DNA from: Leucoraja ocellata
Taxonomy: Eukaryota
Direction of reading: 5' to 3'
Assembly: GCA_036785375.1 (NCBI GenBank)
Contig: JAWMAR010000156.1
Coordinates: 3,224,001 to 3,288,000, forward strand
Length of the DNA: 64,000 bases
How positions within the stretch are numbered: position 1 is the stretch's first letter; each line of letters opens with the position of its first letter. Positions 63,060-64,000 of the stretch are shown piece by piece. Position numbers and translations under genes: made by a program. A model generated the notes under the pieces. It did not search any database. It worked only from the letters and a program-made list of their open reading frames with translations, and was not told where the DNA came from.

Positions 63060-63189
63060 GTGGATGAAGCAGATGTTTGAAGAAGCTGATAAGAATGGGG
63101 ATGGCTCGCTGCGCATTGAGGAAATCTATCAATTGATGCATAAACTAAATGTGAATCTACCTCGCAGGAGAATCAGGCAGATGTTTCAG
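63060..63189 (+). CDS. PLCH1: PLCH1 exon, first EF-hand; the gene continues beyond the window
   Basis: Encodes WMKQMFEEADKNGDGSLRIEEIYQLMHKLNVNLPRRRIRQMFQ, then |gttagt. 130 nt. Confidence 0.95.
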
Positions 63190-63478
63190 GTTAGTTATCT
63201 CATCAAAGTTGCCTTAAACTGACCAATACAAGTTATTTACTAATTTTTTAATATCACTTGAATTAGGTAATCATTTCCCAGAAATCATTTCCCAGAAATG
63301 ATTTGGGGTGTTTGAACTTAGTAACATTAAATTAAGCTTAAATTCTGGAATCTATAATAATCGATGTGATGTGCTGGCATTCACTCAATCTTACCTCTAT
63401 CTCGTTCCGTTATAGTACCTTAACTTTTGTTGACCTTCTGTATATTTCCCTGATTTCCATGTTTTATCATAAAAACAA

Positions 63479-63783
63479 GGCGGCACGGTGGTGCAGTGGT
63501 AGAGTTGCTGCCTAACAGCGCCAGAGACCCAGGTTCTATCCTGACCACGGGTGCTGTATGGAGTTTGTACGTTCTCCCCGTGATCTGCGTGGATTTTCTC
63601 CAGGATCTCCGGTTTCCTCCCACATTCCAAAGACGTTAATTGGCTTTGGTAAAATTGTAAATTGTCCCTAGCTTGTGTAGGATAGTGTAAGTGTACGGGG
63701 ATCACTGGTCGGCGTGGACTCGGTGGGCCGAAGGGCCTGTTTCTGTGCTGTGTCGCTAAACTAAAAGCTAAACTAAACTAAAG
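63479..63783 (+). mobile_element. HE1-like tRNA SINE
   Basis: Head ggcggcacggtggtgcagtgg, B-box-like ggttctatcc and (ctaaa)n tail. Confidence 0.85.
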
Positions 63784-64000
63784 TGCAGTATGTCCCAATG
63801 ACATTGATAGTTGGTTAGTTAGGTCTCTAGAGCTTTTTTAGTTCCTTGTTTTTCTTCATGATTGAATTTAATGTCAATGCAATGTTTAAAGTATCTATGT
63901 ATTATTGGAAAGTGAATTTTATCAAAAAAAAAGTCTCCTCGTTGATTCCTCTAATCATTGTGAAATGGAAGATTAAAAAGTCTGCCTTTAGTTCAAGGTT

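Overview
Vertebrate nuclear DNA, AT-rich and repeat-dense. The repeats (HE1-like tRNA SINEs, CR1, Rex1/Babar and Penelope-derived elements) suggest a cartilaginous fish, probably a skate or ray; this is inferred. There are three intron-containing genes, all on the + strand. SLC33A1 has six coding exons (5172-15704, 541 aa). A C3orf33 orthologue has five exons (20400-27997, 243 aa) and a CpG-island promoter. PLCH1 is represented by its 5' part only (PH and first EF-hand exons). I checked exon phases by hand. The rest is transposon debris: Gypsy LTR pieces, a solo LTR, an IR/DR Tc1, a TIR element with an unusual TSD, a non-autonomous Helitron and a bipartite RTE. The main highlights are: (1) a dispersed family of Penelope-derived elements carrying a minimal hammerhead-ribozyme core, with the best-preserved copy in sense orientation inside (2) an AT-AC U12 intron of PLCH1; (3) a +1 frameshift in the first coding exon of PLCH1, with a candidate alternative first exon that is in phase; (4) a Helitron carrying a duplicated promoter-like cassette just upstream of that exon. 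Nothing prokaryotic (CRISPR, operons) is present. Most ORF-track entries are spurious or TE-derived.
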